Shown: positions 8,222-19,429 of the stretch, piece by piece
Layout: every line of letters begins with the position of its first letter
Numbering within the stretch: the stretch's first letter is position 1
Assembly (NCBI GenBank): GCA_963745075.1
Contig: CAVUWV010000001.1
Span: 346,240 to 410,239, forward strand
From: Candidatus Hydrogenedentota bacterium
GTDB lineage: Bacteria; Hydrogenedentota; Hydrogenedentia; Hydrogenedentales; SLHB01
Reading direction: 5' to 3'
DNA length: 64,000 bases
Position numbers and translations under genes: made by a program
Notes under the pieces: model-generated
Seen by the model: the letters and a program-made list of their open reading frames with translations, nothing else
The model's database searches: none
Told to the model about the DNA's origin: nothing

Positions 8222-10033
8222 TCAGTCCAACTCGAAACGGTTCTGCCAATTCTCATCCTCGTGCCACAACGGTTGCTGCTTCTTATCCAAGAGAAACGAT
8301 CCCAGCACAAGGTAGTCCATGTGCGTGCGCATGAAACACCGGTACGCCTCCCGCGGCGTGCAAACGATGGGTTCGCCGCGGACGTTGAACGACGTGTTGA
8401 TCAGCACCGGACATCCCGTGCGCGCGTAGAAACTGGATATCAACTCGTGAAACAGCGGATTGTCCTCCCGCGACACGGTTTGGATGCGCGCGGAGTTGTC
8501 CACGTGGGTGACCGCCGGGATCTCCGAACGCGCGACCCGCAGTTTGTCGAAACCCGCGGCGTTGCGATCGTCTTCCGACAATCCCGTCAGCCGGCTTTCT
8601 TTTACGTCGGCCACAAGCAACATGTAGGGACTCTCACCGTCGAGATCGAAGTACTCCGACACGTGCTCGCGTAGGACGGACGGCGCAAAGGGCCGGAACG
8701 ACTCGCGAAACTTGATCTTCAAGTTCAACGTCGACTGCATGTCGCGCGACCGTGGGTCCGCCAGAATGCTGCGTGCACCCAGCGCGCGCGGCCCGAATTC
8801 CATGCGTCCCTGGAACCATCCCACGACCTTTCCTTCGGCCAGGAAACCGGCGATCTTGTCGCAGAGCGTATCCGCAGCGAGCCGTTGGTGCGGAATCTTT
8901 TCCTCAATGACATACGACTCCAGCGTCGCGTCCGTGAAAGAAGGTCCCAGGTAGCTCGCCTTCTGGCGTCGCCGGTCCGGTACCCGCTCGTTCCCCATGA
9001 TTTGATGCCAGGCGAACAGCGCGCAACCCAACGCATTGCCTGCATCGCTCGCAGCCGGTTGAATCCAAATATCGTCGAATGGCCCTTCGCGAAGAAGGCG
9101 TCCGTTCGCAACACAATTCAAGGCCACACCACCCGCCAGCGCCAAGTTCTTCAGCCCCGTCTCCTGATGCACCGTGTTTGCCATAGCCAGCAGCACATCC
9201 TCAACGACGACCTGGACCGACCGCGCCATGTCCATTTCCCGCTGCGTGATTCTCGATTCCGGTTCGCGACGCGGCCCGCCAAACAGTTCGGCAAACCGCG
9301 CATTCGTCATGCGCAACCCCGCGCAGTAGTCGAAGTACTCCATATTCAAACGGAAGGATCCGTCGTCCTTGATGTCGATCAGGTCGCGGCGGATGAGATC
9401 CACATAGGTCGGCTTCCCATAGGGTGCGAGTCCCATGAGTTTGTATTCGCCGCTGTTCACTTTGAACCCCGTGAAGTACGTGAACGCCGAGTAGAGCAAT
9501 CCCAGCGAGTGGGGAAAATTGATCTGTTTCAGGATCTCGACGCGGTTGCCCCGTCCAACGCCGTAGGTCGAGGTCGCCCACTCGCCCACGCCGTCCACGG
9601 TGACGATCGCCGCCTCCTCGAATGGGCTGGGAAAAAACGCCGCCGCGGCATGGGCCTGGTGGTGAGAGGTGAACAGAATCTCCCCCTTATACCCCAACCG
9701 GCGCCGTATCGTGCCCCGCGTAAACAACTTCTCCTTCAGCCAAAACGGCATCTGGCTGATGAAGGAACGAAGCCCCTTCGGCGCCGTCGCGATATAGGTC
9801 ATCAGCAGCCGCTCGAATTTCACGAAAGGCTTGTCGTAGAACACGATACAATCGATGTCATCGATATCCAGCGCGGCCCGCTCCAGGCAATAGGCGACCG
9901 CGTTTTCGGGGAAGCGCGGATCGTGCTTCTGACGGCTGAAGCGTTCTTCCTGGACCGCCGCCGTTATGTCGCCGTCCTGAACCACACACGCCGCACTATC
10001 GTGGTAAAAGGCCGATATTCCCAGAAGATTCAT
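8222..10033 (-). CDS. carbamoyltransferase (NodU/CmcH/NovN family)
   Basis: MNLLGISAFYHDSAA N-terminus, HHQAHAA motif, C-terminal YrdC-like/Kae1-like halves. Start at ATG 10033, not ORF-track 10204. Confidence 0.85.
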   Translation of the reverse strand: MNLLGISAFYHDSAACVVQDGDITAAVQEERFSRQKHDPRFPENAVAYCLERAALDIDDIDCIVFYDKPFVKFERLLMTYIATAPKGLRSFISQMPFWLKEKLFTRGTIRRRLGYKGEILFTSHHQAHAAAAFFPSPFEEAAIVTVDGVGEWATSTYGVGRGNRVEILKQINFPHSLGLLYSAFTYFTGFKVNSGEYKLMGLAPYGKPTYVDLIRRDLIDIKDDGSFRLNMEYFDYCAGLRMTNARFAELFGGPRREPESRITQREMDMARSVQVVVEDVLLAMANTVHQETGLKNLALAGGVALNCVANGRLLREGPFDDIWIQPAASDAGNALGCALFAWHQIMGNERVPDRRRQKASYLGPSFTDATLESYVIEEKIPHQRLAADTLCDKIAGFLAEGKVVGWFQGRMEFGPRALGARSILADPRSRDMQSTLNLKIKFRESFRPFAPSVLREHVSEYFDLDGESPYMLLVADVKESRLTGLSEDDRNAAGFDKLRVARSEIPAVTHVDNSARIQTVSREDNPLFHELISSFYARTGCPVLINTSFNVRGEPIVCTPREAYRCFMRTHMDYLVLGSFLLDKKQQPLWHEDENWQNRFELD

Positions 10034-10353
10034 TTCAGATGCCACTCTTGACGATCGGTAACCCCGCGAACGCGCATTGTACGCATGCCTTGAAATACGA
10101 TCAATTGCCCCTGAACTGCTTGGCAGAATGAAACGCAATGTGGTAAAAATTGTACGTAGGGTGAGGTAATTGCTGTACATGCCATGACGGGTCTCGGCAG
10201 CCATGTGGGGGCGGCCGATTCCACCGAAACACCGATCCGCGTTCGCAAAGTAAGATCGATCAGGGGGGTATCGCCGTTTTGGGTCTCCCAGTACCAGGAC
10301 GGCGGCGTGTGGGATTTTGTCAATTGCAACACCAGGAGAGGAGGAGTCTGAAA

Positions 10354-11452
<1,099 letters not shown>

Positions 11453-11496
11453 AAAGTCGAACGTCCCGCAATCGCTCGAAAACCTGACAGTTTACC

Positions 11497-11530
11497 GGCC
11501 CGGCGAGGAATCGCCGGGCCGCTTCTCTGT
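11497..11530. terminator. hairpin terminator after OmpA gene
   Basis: ggcccggcgaggaatcgccgggcc stem-loop followed by gcttctctgtcc. Confidence 0.4.
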
Positions 11531-11557
11531 CCTTCGGCGACGGGAGCATTTGCGTTC

Positions 11558-11763
11558 GTCGTCCTTGCTGTCCTTGCTGTCCTTGTTGTCCTTGCTCGTC
11601 CCTGCTGTCCCTGCTGTCTCTGCCGTCCCTGCCGTCCCTGCCGTCCCTGCCGTCCCTGCCGTCCCTGCCGTCCCTGCTGTCCGTGACTGTCCGTGACTGT
11701 CCGTGACTGTCCGTGTGTGTCCGTGTGTGTCCGTGTACTGTCCGTGTGTGTCCGTGTGTGTCT
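11558..11763. repeat. tandem array of ~21 units of 9-10 nt (gtccttgct, gtccctgcc x5, gtccgtgact x3, gtccgtgtgt x4-5)
   Basis: Read directly. Pyrimidine/G-skewed top strand. Complement carries GGGAC(GGCAGGGAC)n with G-quadruplex potential. Lies between convergent OmpA and MFS genes. Confidence 0.85.
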
Positions 11764-11794
11764 CCAGACACTTCCACTTCGACTTCTGCCCACT

Positions 11795-11829
11795 CCCCCT
11801 TTGAAGGGGGATCAAGGGGGATGTTCTTC
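11795..11829 (+). repeat. 35-bp palindromic element copy 1 (CCCCCTTTGAAGGGGGATCAAGGGGGATGTTCTTC)
   Basis: Perfect 7-bp stem CCCCCTT/AAGGGGG. The same element recurs at 55067, 55202, 57951 and 58075. Confidence 0.8.
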
Positions 11830-11888
11830 CCTGAAGGGCTTGGATTAGATCTCGAAAGAAGCTCGATTTCCCGAGAAAGTCTCCGGCC

Positions 11889-13253
11889 CTACGCCGCCTC
11901 CTCCGCCACCCGCCCCGCTGGTTCGGGCAGTGCGCGAGCGAGCACGACGGGCATCACCACCAACGCCGCGGCGACGTAGTAGGCCAGGGCCCCGCCCAAA
12001 CGCCAATAGAGGACACACGCGACAAGCGGTCCGATGGCCCGGGCAAGCGATTCGAGGGATCGAAATACGCCCAGAATGCGCCCCTGCTCCCGGACGGGCG
12101 TGTACAGAGAAACGAGGGCCGACAGGCACGGTCGCACCTGCGCCGATGCCAGCGCCATAATGAGCAGTCCCACATAGAAGACTGCGGTGTTCGGTGCAAA
12201 CCCAACGACCGCGAGGCCGGGCACGGCCAGCATGAGTCCATGGAGCCCCATGCGTTTGGGACCGATCACGCCGCTGCGCGTTCGCACATAGGAACCCTGC
12301 ATCAGGGCCAGAATGATTCCGATGAACAGGAACATATACATGATCTGCTTCGGCCCGTAGTTGAAACGGTCGGCTGCCAGGAAGGTCAGCGAAAACTCCA
12401 TTCCGGAAAACGCCAGCAGATACACAAAGTAGATGATGTTGGTCCGGGTCACGCCGGGGTATCCCGTGCGGAACAGCGCGACCGGGTTGATGGGACGCCG
12501 CGCCGCGAGGCTCGGGCCGGCGTGCTCGAACCGGGTCTCGTGCAGGCGGGTCGCGACGGCGAACCAGTTGATCGTTGCCAGGACGAAGGCCGCAAAGGCC
12601 GCCATGCTGTAGGGATTCACGCCGTAGGTCGCCAAGGACGGCCACGTTTTGGAAAGGTCGAAGCCGGAGAGGATCCCGCCGAGGGCCGGACCGAACATGA
12701 ACCCGATTCCAACCGCCAGCCCCAGCACCGCCATCCCGCGCGACCGGCGCTCATCCGGCGTCACGTCCGCGATAACGGCGCTGGCCGTCGAGATATTGCC
12801 GCTCATCAGTCCCCCGATAAACCGCGCCACGACGAGGACGGTGAAACTGCCGGCTACGAACCAAAGAGCGTAAGAGAGGGCGAGTCCCGCGATGGAAACC
12901 AAAAGCACCGGGCGGCGTCCGTAGCGGTCGGAAAGACTGCCCATGATCGGCGCACAAAAAAACTGCAAGATAGCGTAGAGCGAGCCCAGAAACCCGCCGA
13001 AAAGCACCACCAACCCCGTGTCCGCGTCCGCGCCGACGGCGTGGCTGAAAGCTTCCAGTGCGTTGACCACCCCACCCAAAAGGCCCACTGTTCCTTCGTG
13101 GGCCAGATAGTACTTCAGCATGCTCGGATACAGCGGAAAGATGATGGAAAACCCGGCCATGTCCAGAGCGACGATGAGAAAGACGATGCGCAGGACGTGT
13201 TTCGCGTCCTGTTCCTTCATGTGACCGGGTGCATGTGTAGCCTTGCGTGACAT
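11889..13253 (-). CDS. MFS transporter
   Basis: 12 predicted TM helices and MFS signature GxLSDRYGRRP. True start may be the second ATG (MKEQDAKHV, 13220). Confidence 0.8.
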   Translation of the reverse strand: MSRKATHAPGHMKEQDAKHVLRIVFLIVALDMAGFSIIFPLYPSMLKYYLAHEGTVGLLGGVVNALEAFSHAVGADADTGLVVLFGGFLGSLYAILQFFCAPIMGSLSDRYGRRPVLLVSIAGLALSYALWFVAGSFTVLVVARFIGGLMSGNISTASAVIADVTPDERRSRGMAVLGLAVGIGFMFGPALGGILSGFDLSKTWPSLATYGVNPYSMAAFAAFVLATINWFAVATRLHETRFEHAGPSLAARRPINPVALFRTGYPGVTRTNIIYFVYLLAFSGMEFSLTFLAADRFNYGPKQIMYMFLFIGIILALMQGSYVRTRSGVIGPKRMGLHGLMLAVPGLAVVGFAPNTAVFYVGLLIMALASAQVRPCLSALVSLYTPVREQGRILGVFRSLESLARAIGPLVACVLYWRLGGALAYYVAAALVVMPVVLARALPEPAGRVAEEAA

Positions 13254-13395
13254 GGATTCTCTTTACAGCGACAGTTAAGGCGAGTAAGGCCATAACAGTA
13301 TCGAATCGGTACCTCAAAGATCAAACACGCAATACGCCGAGCTGGGATTCGAATACTAAGAGCGCGTTCCAAAAGTGGGATATCGGCAAAACGTC

Positions 13396-13483
13396 GCGGA
13401 TGTAGCGCAGGCGTCCCCGCCTGCATCCTTTGGGGCGCTGTCACAGGATTTGTAGGCGGGTACGCCTGCGCTACATCCGCCGC
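13396..13483. repeat. ~85-bp long-stem palindromic element copy A (30-bp arms, 25-nt loop)
   Basis: gcggatgtagcgcaggcgtccccgcctgca-N25-tgtaggcgggtacgcctgcgctacatccgccgc. A near-identical copy in the opposite orientation is at 25508-25590. Confidence 0.8.
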
Positions 13484-13852
13484 ACTTCTCTTTAGGACCG
13501 GTAACGATCCCGTTTGAAAACCGCTCTTAGTACACCGCGCACGCGATACTCAGGATCGGCCTGAGCCCTTTCCTGTCGGAGCCGTACGTCGCCGAAATGG
13601 CCCGAAGGGCCTACATACTCATAGCCCCGGGTTGGCCGCCGCGCAGCAAGGCCTACCCGGGGTATCAATGCCCCAAACACGACTACCCCGAAGGGGTTCA
13701 ATAACCACCCGATCTAATCCCACCCATACCGTTCATCAAATGCGACTCCATGCCGTCGCAATAACATCCGGAATTCGTCCTGAAACGAAAACCCAATGTG
13801 ATACTCCTCCTGCTCTCGAATGTATTTGGAGACGCGCCACGCGCATTCCGGG

Positions 13853-16402
13853 CTAAAGGCGATTCGGCGTGATGGCGATGCTATACGGTTCCAACTCGAT
13901 CGGTTTCATCCCGGGGATCGTCACGATGGCGGGATCGTCGCCGTAGTTCAGCACGGCATAGGACCCATTCCGAAGCGCGCTGACATACGCCTCGCTCGGT
14001 TTCTCGGTCTGCACCATGCGGATCGTGCGCGAATCCAGGACGTCGAGCGTTAGCAGTTCCTCGGCCATGGCATCGGCCACGCGGTGCGGCGGCTCCCGGT
14101 CGTCCGGCACAAAGACGACCCTGCCATGGCCGGTATCGCCGCGCTGCCAACGGTTGAATACCGATCGGTCGCCTTCGACGGTGGTAATTGGCTGGGAACG
14201 CCATTGCGCGACCAACACGATGCCGCCGCCGCGAACCCACTCGTCGAGTTTGTTCAGCGGCGCCTCTTCGATCGTTTGGTTCCACAGGAGCAGCAGCACC
14301 TTGTACCGCGCCAACGCGCCGTCGAGCACCATCCGTTCGCTGCAAAAGTCGAAGTCGAGTTTTGGACGCAGCACCGCCACCCGCGCATTGAAGGTGAACG
14401 CGTAGAGGTTGCGAAACACCGCGTCGTCGAGTTTGCCCATGGTGTCCGGATACAGCGCAGCCACTTCGATGAACGGTTCGTCCCGCTGGTCCAGCAGCGG
14501 AGCGTATTTCAACCATTTGCCAACCGCCTGGTCGTTGTCCAAGAGATTCGAGTGGTAGTAGAAGAGATGTTGCCCGTTGTTCACGATGATATTGTATAAC
14601 CGCGCCACGAGCCCTCGTGCGCTTCCGTAACCCGCTGGCTCCGATCCGAAGGGAACGCCGTAGAAGCGGGCCGCCGAAGTCATCATGCGGGTCGCGTAAA
14701 AATTCTGCGCGTAACTGTCGGTCTCGTTCGTGGCGCGGATGCCACCGTGCACCTTGGCCATACTACGGGTCTGGTCCGTGAAATCCGTGCCGGATTCGAC
14801 AAAGCCCCAGCCTCCGGAAGATTGGTATATCGCCGTATCCGGCATGGCGTCCCGCGCCCAAACCGCCCAATCCTCGCACCAATCGGTCATAGCATCCATG
14901 TACCAGTCCACAAAGTCCTTGCGTTTTCGGGGATTCTCCGCGAACTGCGCGATGAAAGGTTGAATGTCATCGAAGCTGTCGTAGGTTTCATCCCACGCCT
15001 TGTCCAGCGCCGCGATGTCCGCGTATCGGGCGCGCAGGTAATCCTGTAAACGTCGTGCCGCGTAGTCGTCACCGGCCCACCAGCCGATGTGGATGTGTTC
15101 CCGTTCGCCCCGGAAGCCCCAATTACCGCCGGCCGGATACTGGGACTCGCCGAAGTTCCCGCTGGGACCCAGCCGAACGCCGAGCAGTGCGTCCGGCGAA
15201 CCGTAGTGTTGACCGAAGGCGTTCAGGAATCGGCGGACGTGAGGCGGTTGGAAATCCGTGAAAATACTCTGAATGTTGTTGCGCTTGCCATGTTCAAGAC
15301 AAACGAACCCGACATTCTCATCCGATGCGTAAAACCAATTTGGCAGGGCGTACGCGGATCCCACGATGAGCAATGGAAACCATTTCAAATCGTGCCGTTG
15401 CGCTTCCGCTACGATCGCGTCGTAGTAACTCCAGTCGAATGTCCCTTTCTGAGGTTCTACTGTATTCCATTTGACGTAGCTCTCGACCGCCGTAAAGCCG
15501 AGCGCATGCACGACGGGGGACAACTCCCGCATCGCGGCCAGCGTCTCGTCAACATCCCGGTCGCGCTTCGAATCGACGCCGGCCGTGGTGACGAGTTGCA
15601 GCGGACGCTGCAACGCCAAGTGCGGTTGAACCGTTTCAGGAATCTCATTCTCGACCGCGTCGACCAGTGACGAATCGTCGCCCGGCACGATGGCGATCCC
15701 CGTCAGCGCATGGACGCCAAAGACCTCGATCCGGGTGCCCGGGCGTGGGGGAGAGGGCATGGCGAACAGGGCCCGGCGCGGCGTGCCGGTGTCGAGCGCC
15801 GTGTATCCCGCCACCGGCGTGATCGCCGCCGCTTCTCCATTAAACGTGGCGGTCGCATCGATCAACGCAATGCCCGCGTCTTGATGATTGATTACCAGGA
15901 AGACGCCGTCACTCGGTTCCGACGGCGCGCGGTCCACCCGAAACACAATGCCCCGCCGCGAAAAGTAGTCCGGATTCGCGCCCGGCCGCAAAACGTCCAC
16001 GCCGGAAACTGTGTCGCGCTCGACCGGCCGGTCTGCTGCGTTCACCAGGGAGATGCCATCTTCATGAGTTTCGCCTTCGCGAATGTCAAAGGTTTGCCCG
16101 TAGGCGGTCGCACATCCAACGACAACAACCAACAACGAAAGCACAATTCTGATCCCAAAGAAGACAGTTGAACGAGACCGTCGCGGTCCTTGTCGGAAGA
16201 CCAAAGCCGGAGCCGGTGGAGTTAGACGTGTGGCACAGCCGCCCCCGGCTGTGGTCTTTCTGGGTATACGGCGTTCACCCGGATGATGACCAGCACGTCT
16301 TGTGGCAACCCTTGAAACAATGGCCTTTCGCGACGATAACATCGCTGTGACTGTCGACTTTCGGCTGATAGACGTACCGGAAACTATTGGTGCACTCTTC
16401 AT
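13853..16402 (-). CDS. GH42-like glycoside hydrolase (beta-galactosidase family fold with trimerisation-like C-terminal domain)
   Basis: VKWNTVEPQKGTFDWSYYD TIM-barrel motif typical of GH42/GH35. Internal signal-peptide-like segment IVLSLLVVVVGCATAYG ~90 aa after the ORF start, so the true start is probably downstream and non-ATG. Confidence 0.55.
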   Translation of the reverse strand: MKSAPIVSGTSISRKSTVTAMLSSRKAIVSRVATRRAGHHPGERRIPRKTTAGGGCATRLTPPAPALVFRQGPRRSRSTVFFGIRIVLSLLVVVVGCATAYGQTFDIREGETHEDGISLVNAADRPVERDTVSGVDVLRPGANPDYFSRRGIVFRVDRAPSEPSDGVFLVINHQDAGIALIDATATFNGEAAAITPVAGYTALDTGTPRRALFAMPSPPRPGTRIEVFGVHALTGIAIVPGDDSSLVDAVENEIPETVQPHLALQRPLQLVTTAGVDSKRDRDVDETLAAMRELSPVVHALGFTAVESYVKWNTVEPQKGTFDWSYYDAIVAEAQRHDLKWFPLLIVGSAYALPNWFYASDENVGFVCLEHGKRNNIQSIFTDFQPPHVRRFLNAFGQHYGSPDALLGVRLGPSGNFGESQYPAGGNWGFRGEREHIHIGWWAGDDYAARRLQDYLRARYADIAALDKAWDETYDSFDDIQPFIAQFAENPRKRKDFVDWYMDAMTDWCEDWAVWARDAMPDTAIYQSSGGWGFVESGTDFTDQTRSMAKVHGGIRATNETDSYAQNFYATRMMTSAARFYGVPFGSEPAGYGSARGLVARLYNIIVNNGQHLFYYHSNLLDNDQAVGKWLKYAPLLDQRDEPFIEVAALYPDTMGKLDDAVFRNLYAFTFNARVAVLRPKLDFDFCSERMVLDGALARYKVLLLLWNQTIEEAPLNKLDEWVRGGGIVLVAQWRSQPITTVEGDRSVFNRWQRGDTGHGRVVFVPDDREPPHRVADAMAEELLTLDVLDSRTIRMVQTEKPSEAYVSALRNGSYAVLNYGDDPAIVTIPGMKPIELEPYSIAITPNRL

Positions 16403-16471
16403 CCGTACCTTAATAATTCTTGAAGCCGTTCACGGGTGTTAGATTTCGCGGGGTTGCCTTGATGGAATCAC

Positions 16472-17203
16472 TCACTCCTCAGCAATTCCTTCGATGTCGC
16501 AGGTGTAAGTCTGATCGCCGTCGCGCGGGCATTGCGCCATCCACTTGCCTTGCGGCGACATCACACCGGTCGGGCAATTGACCGGTCCTTCGTTGGTGGC
16601 CGCGTTGGCCGTGCAGATATAGGCTTTGCTTTCGATGGCGCGCAGCACAAGGTTGGACTCGTGATAAGGGGCATGGATCGAGCTGGCGCCGGAATTCACG
16701 CTGAGGAAGATAACCTGCGCGCCTTTCTTCGCCAGTTGGTAGGAAAGTCGCGGGTCGGGGTACGGTCCGCAACCCGGCGTCACCCAGAGGTCGTTGCAGA
16801 TGAGGCACCCGAAGTTGACCCCCGCATGACGGAACACGCGCAGCTCGCCGCCGGGCCGGCAAAACTCGCGGTCCTTCGCCGTCGCCATGATCTTCTCGTG
16901 GGTGCCCATAAGTTCCCCCTGAGCACCGTACACGCGGGTTTGGATGTAGGCGCCGTCGTCCGTCTTCCACCCGGTGCCGACGAGCGCGGTGGTATACGTA
17001 TGCCGGCATGCCTCCGCAATCTGTTTGCACGCGCGTTCGACGGCTTTCTGGCTGAAATCGCCGTAATAGCCGGTCAGGGCCATTTCCGGAAACAGCACGA
17101 AATCCGCATCCGTCGGCTTCAAGTGGGACAGGATTCGCTCGAGGTTGTCGTCAAGCTTCTTGGAAACGGGCATCTGAACACCCAGTACGCGAATTGTTTT
17201 CAT
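16472..17203 (-). CDS. carbon-nitrogen hydrolase (nitrilase superfamily)
   Basis: FPEMALTGY and CNDLW catalytic Glu/Cys region. 243 aa. Confidence 0.8.
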   Translation of the reverse strand: MKTIRVLGVQMPVSKKLDDNLERILSHLKPTDADFVLFPEMALTGYYGDFSQKAVERACKQIAEACRHTYTTALVGTGWKTDDGAYIQTRVYGAQGELMGTHEKIMATAKDREFCRPGGELRVFRHAGVNFGCLICNDLWVTPGCGPYPDPRLSYQLAKKGAQVIFLSVNSGASSIHAPYHESNLVLRAIESKAYICTANAATNEGPVNCPTGVMSPQGKWMAQCPRDGDQTYTCDIEGIAEE

Positions 17204-17252
17204 GGTCGCTCCTCTCTCTCCCGATCATCATAATCGATTGCGTCATCGCCGA

Positions 17253-19256
17253 TCACGCTTCGATCGTGGGAGTCTTCGCGTAGCAGCGGACTTCATAGAG
17301 ACGCGCCAGGTTCGATCCGTTGGTGGCCTGTATCGCGATGCGAATGCTTCGCGCCCGAACCGGATCGAAGGCGTGTCGGCGAAGCCGCTGGTAATTCCCG
17401 GTCACCCGCACCAGTTCCCGGTACCCATCAGAATCCTCGGGCTGGTATTCGATGGCGTAGTCCTTGATTGTTTCGGGTTGAGGGCCTTTTAAGACGCGCG
17501 CGATCGCACTTTTCTGCTCGGAAAGCGTGAGCTCCCGTTCAAAGCCGGTATCGAATGTGATTTGAACGAAGCCGATCGCTTGCGGCGTGTCCCAGGCCAA
17601 CGCGATCCACGCGCCCTTGTCCGTCATCGCCCCGGCCCACCGGTTGCGCCAACTCTTCGGCACGTCGCGTGCCACGCCGGTCAGGATATTGGCGGGTTTG
17701 CTCTCTTCCAGTAGGCCGGACGCGGTTACCGTAGCGGTGCGCGCCACGTCATACGGATCCTCGTTGACGCAATCGCGAATGGCCTGGTCGTCGCGCAGCA
17801 GGATCTGTCGAAGGTCTGCGATCTGCCCGCTGTCGTTTACAACCTGATCCGGCGTCAGATTCCGCGTAATGCAGACTGCCGCGGCCGTTCCCACCGCCTG
17901 CCCGATGGCCGAACAGGTCCCCATCACGCGCGTGGACGTGAAGGCCACGTGGGTCGCGCTGATGTTGCGGCCCGCCATAAACAGGTTCTGCAGATCCTTC
18001 GAATACAGCGACCGAAGTGGGATGTTGTACGGCTCAGGAATCTTCTCCTGCCGCGCAGGTCGCTCCTTCGGTTCATCGAATCCGCCGGAAGGGTGATCGT
18101 CGAAGGGCCACCCGCCGATGGTCACCCCGTCCGGGAAGTCGCGCCACCCCCCCTGACAATCGCCCTGCGTGAGCATGTGCGGCCCTTCAATGCGCCGGCT
18201 ACCGCGCTTGCCCGGAATCATGCCAATCCAGTCCATGCCCCAGTTGGCGCTCGTGGGGTGTTCCCCCGAATTCTTGATGTAGTCCCATATCCCCATCACA
18301 ATGGACAGGAGTTCAAAGCGAATCAGCTCGTTGTCGCGAATGGGATCGCGGTTGCCGCCCCACTCGATCCACCAATACCCATACTCCCAGGAACGGATGC
18401 CCCGGAATTCCAGTTGGTCCTTCGTGACCTTACGCGCCCACGCCGGCGGAACGAAGGGGATCGGTTCACCGTAGTCCTTCGACGTGAACAGGATGCTGCT
18501 GCCCAGTGTTTCCGGTCCCGCCGCTTCCGGGGCCAGGGATTCGTTGAACTCGGATTGCGCTTCGTGCCCCAGACGCATGGTCGCGCCCGCTTCCAGGCCC
18601 AAGCGGCAATCTCCGGTGCAGTCGGCGAAGTAGGGCGCGCGGATGCGATAGAGGTGTTCCGTCTTGTCGCAACGGACGAGTACTTCTTTGATTTGTCCAT
18701 CCTCAACCTGCGCGCCGTAGAGGATGCTGTCCAGCAGCAGGGTGATGTTCGGCTCCGAAATCACTTTGTCGTACAGCATCAGGTCCCACAGCTCCCACGC
18801 GAACTGCGGATTATGGACCACGTTTTCCAGGCGCAACTCTTCAAGGATTCCGCTTTCCCGCCAGCCCGGGTGCCCGCCGTGGACGTCCGCACCGACGATG
18901 TGCATCCGCACCTCGCTGCTCGCGTTGCCCCCCAGCCGCGAGCGGTCCTGCGCCAGTACGACGCGCACGCCGTGGCGCGCCGCCGCGAGTGCCGCGCACA
19001 CCCCCGCCATGCCCCCACCGGCCACCATGAAGTCGCAGTCGAGATCCACCGCCAGCATGTTTGGTTCGGCCTGGACCCGCTGCAACGAATCCGGCGGGGG
19101 AGCGATTTCCTCAAAGCGCGCATCCCGATCGATTGGCGCTGCCGCTGCCGCTTGTGCGGGGTCGGCGCGCAACAGCAGGGAGTACGTTCCCAACGCCCCG
19201 GCGCCGGCAACATCTTGAAAAAATCGCCGCCGTTCAATCCGTCTCTTGCTCGTCAT
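17253..19256 (-). CDS. Tat-secreted FAD-dependent oxidoreductase (pfam12831-like) with C-terminal galactose-binding-like domain
   Basis: Start at ATG 19256 gives MTSKRRIERRRFFQ (twin-arginine signal). GxGxxG MVAGGGMAGVCAALAAA dinucleotide fold. Confidence 0.75.
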   Translation of the reverse strand: MTSKRRIERRRFFQDVAGAGALGTYSLLLRADPAQAAAAAPIDRDARFEEIAPPPDSLQRVQAEPNMLAVDLDCDFMVAGGGMAGVCAALAAARHGVRVVLAQDRSRLGGNASSEVRMHIVGADVHGGHPGWRESGILEELRLENVVHNPQFAWELWDLMLYDKVISEPNITLLLDSILYGAQVEDGQIKEVLVRCDKTEHLYRIRAPYFADCTGDCRLGLEAGATMRLGHEAQSEFNESLAPEAAGPETLGSSILFTSKDYGEPIPFVPPAWARKVTKDQLEFRGIRSWEYGYWWIEWGGNRDPIRDNELIRFELLSIVMGIWDYIKNSGEHPTSANWGMDWIGMIPGKRGSRRIEGPHMLTQGDCQGGWRDFPDGVTIGGWPFDDHPSGGFDEPKERPARQEKIPEPYNIPLRSLYSKDLQNLFMAGRNISATHVAFTSTRVMGTCSAIGQAVGTAAAVCITRNLTPDQVVNDSGQIADLRQILLRDDQAIRDCVNEDPYDVARTATVTASGLLEESKPANILTGVARDVPKSWRNRWAGAMTDKGAWIALAWDTPQAIGFVQITFDTGFERELTLSEQKSAIARVLKGPQPETIKDYAIEYQPEDSDGYRELVRVTGNYQRLRRHAFDPVRARSIRIAIQATNGSNLARLYEVRCYAKTPTIEA

Positions 19257-19429
19257 AAGGCTTTCCCGTATCTTTTCGTTTGGAACTCGGAATCCGTCCG
19301 TTGCATCGTTGCGTAAACGAGGAATGGGATGCAAGAAAGGCGGGCATCAGCAGGGACATACCGAAGTGGAGCCACGCTGGTGCGTGGCGATCCCAGTAAA
19401 GACAGACGTGCGATACAACGATCCAAAAG

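Noticed and set aside
11558-11763. Possible CRISPR array.
   Set aside because: Units are 9-10 nt with no intervening unique spacers, and no cas genes are in the window. It is a microsatellite-like array.
13853-16402. Alternative annotation of the GH42-like protein starting at the ORF-track ATG 16402.
   Set aside because: The first ~90 residues are Arg-rich and precede an internal signal-peptide-like segment. The real start is probably a downstream non-ATG codon, but it cannot be fixed from sequence alone, so the coordinates were left with lowered confidence.
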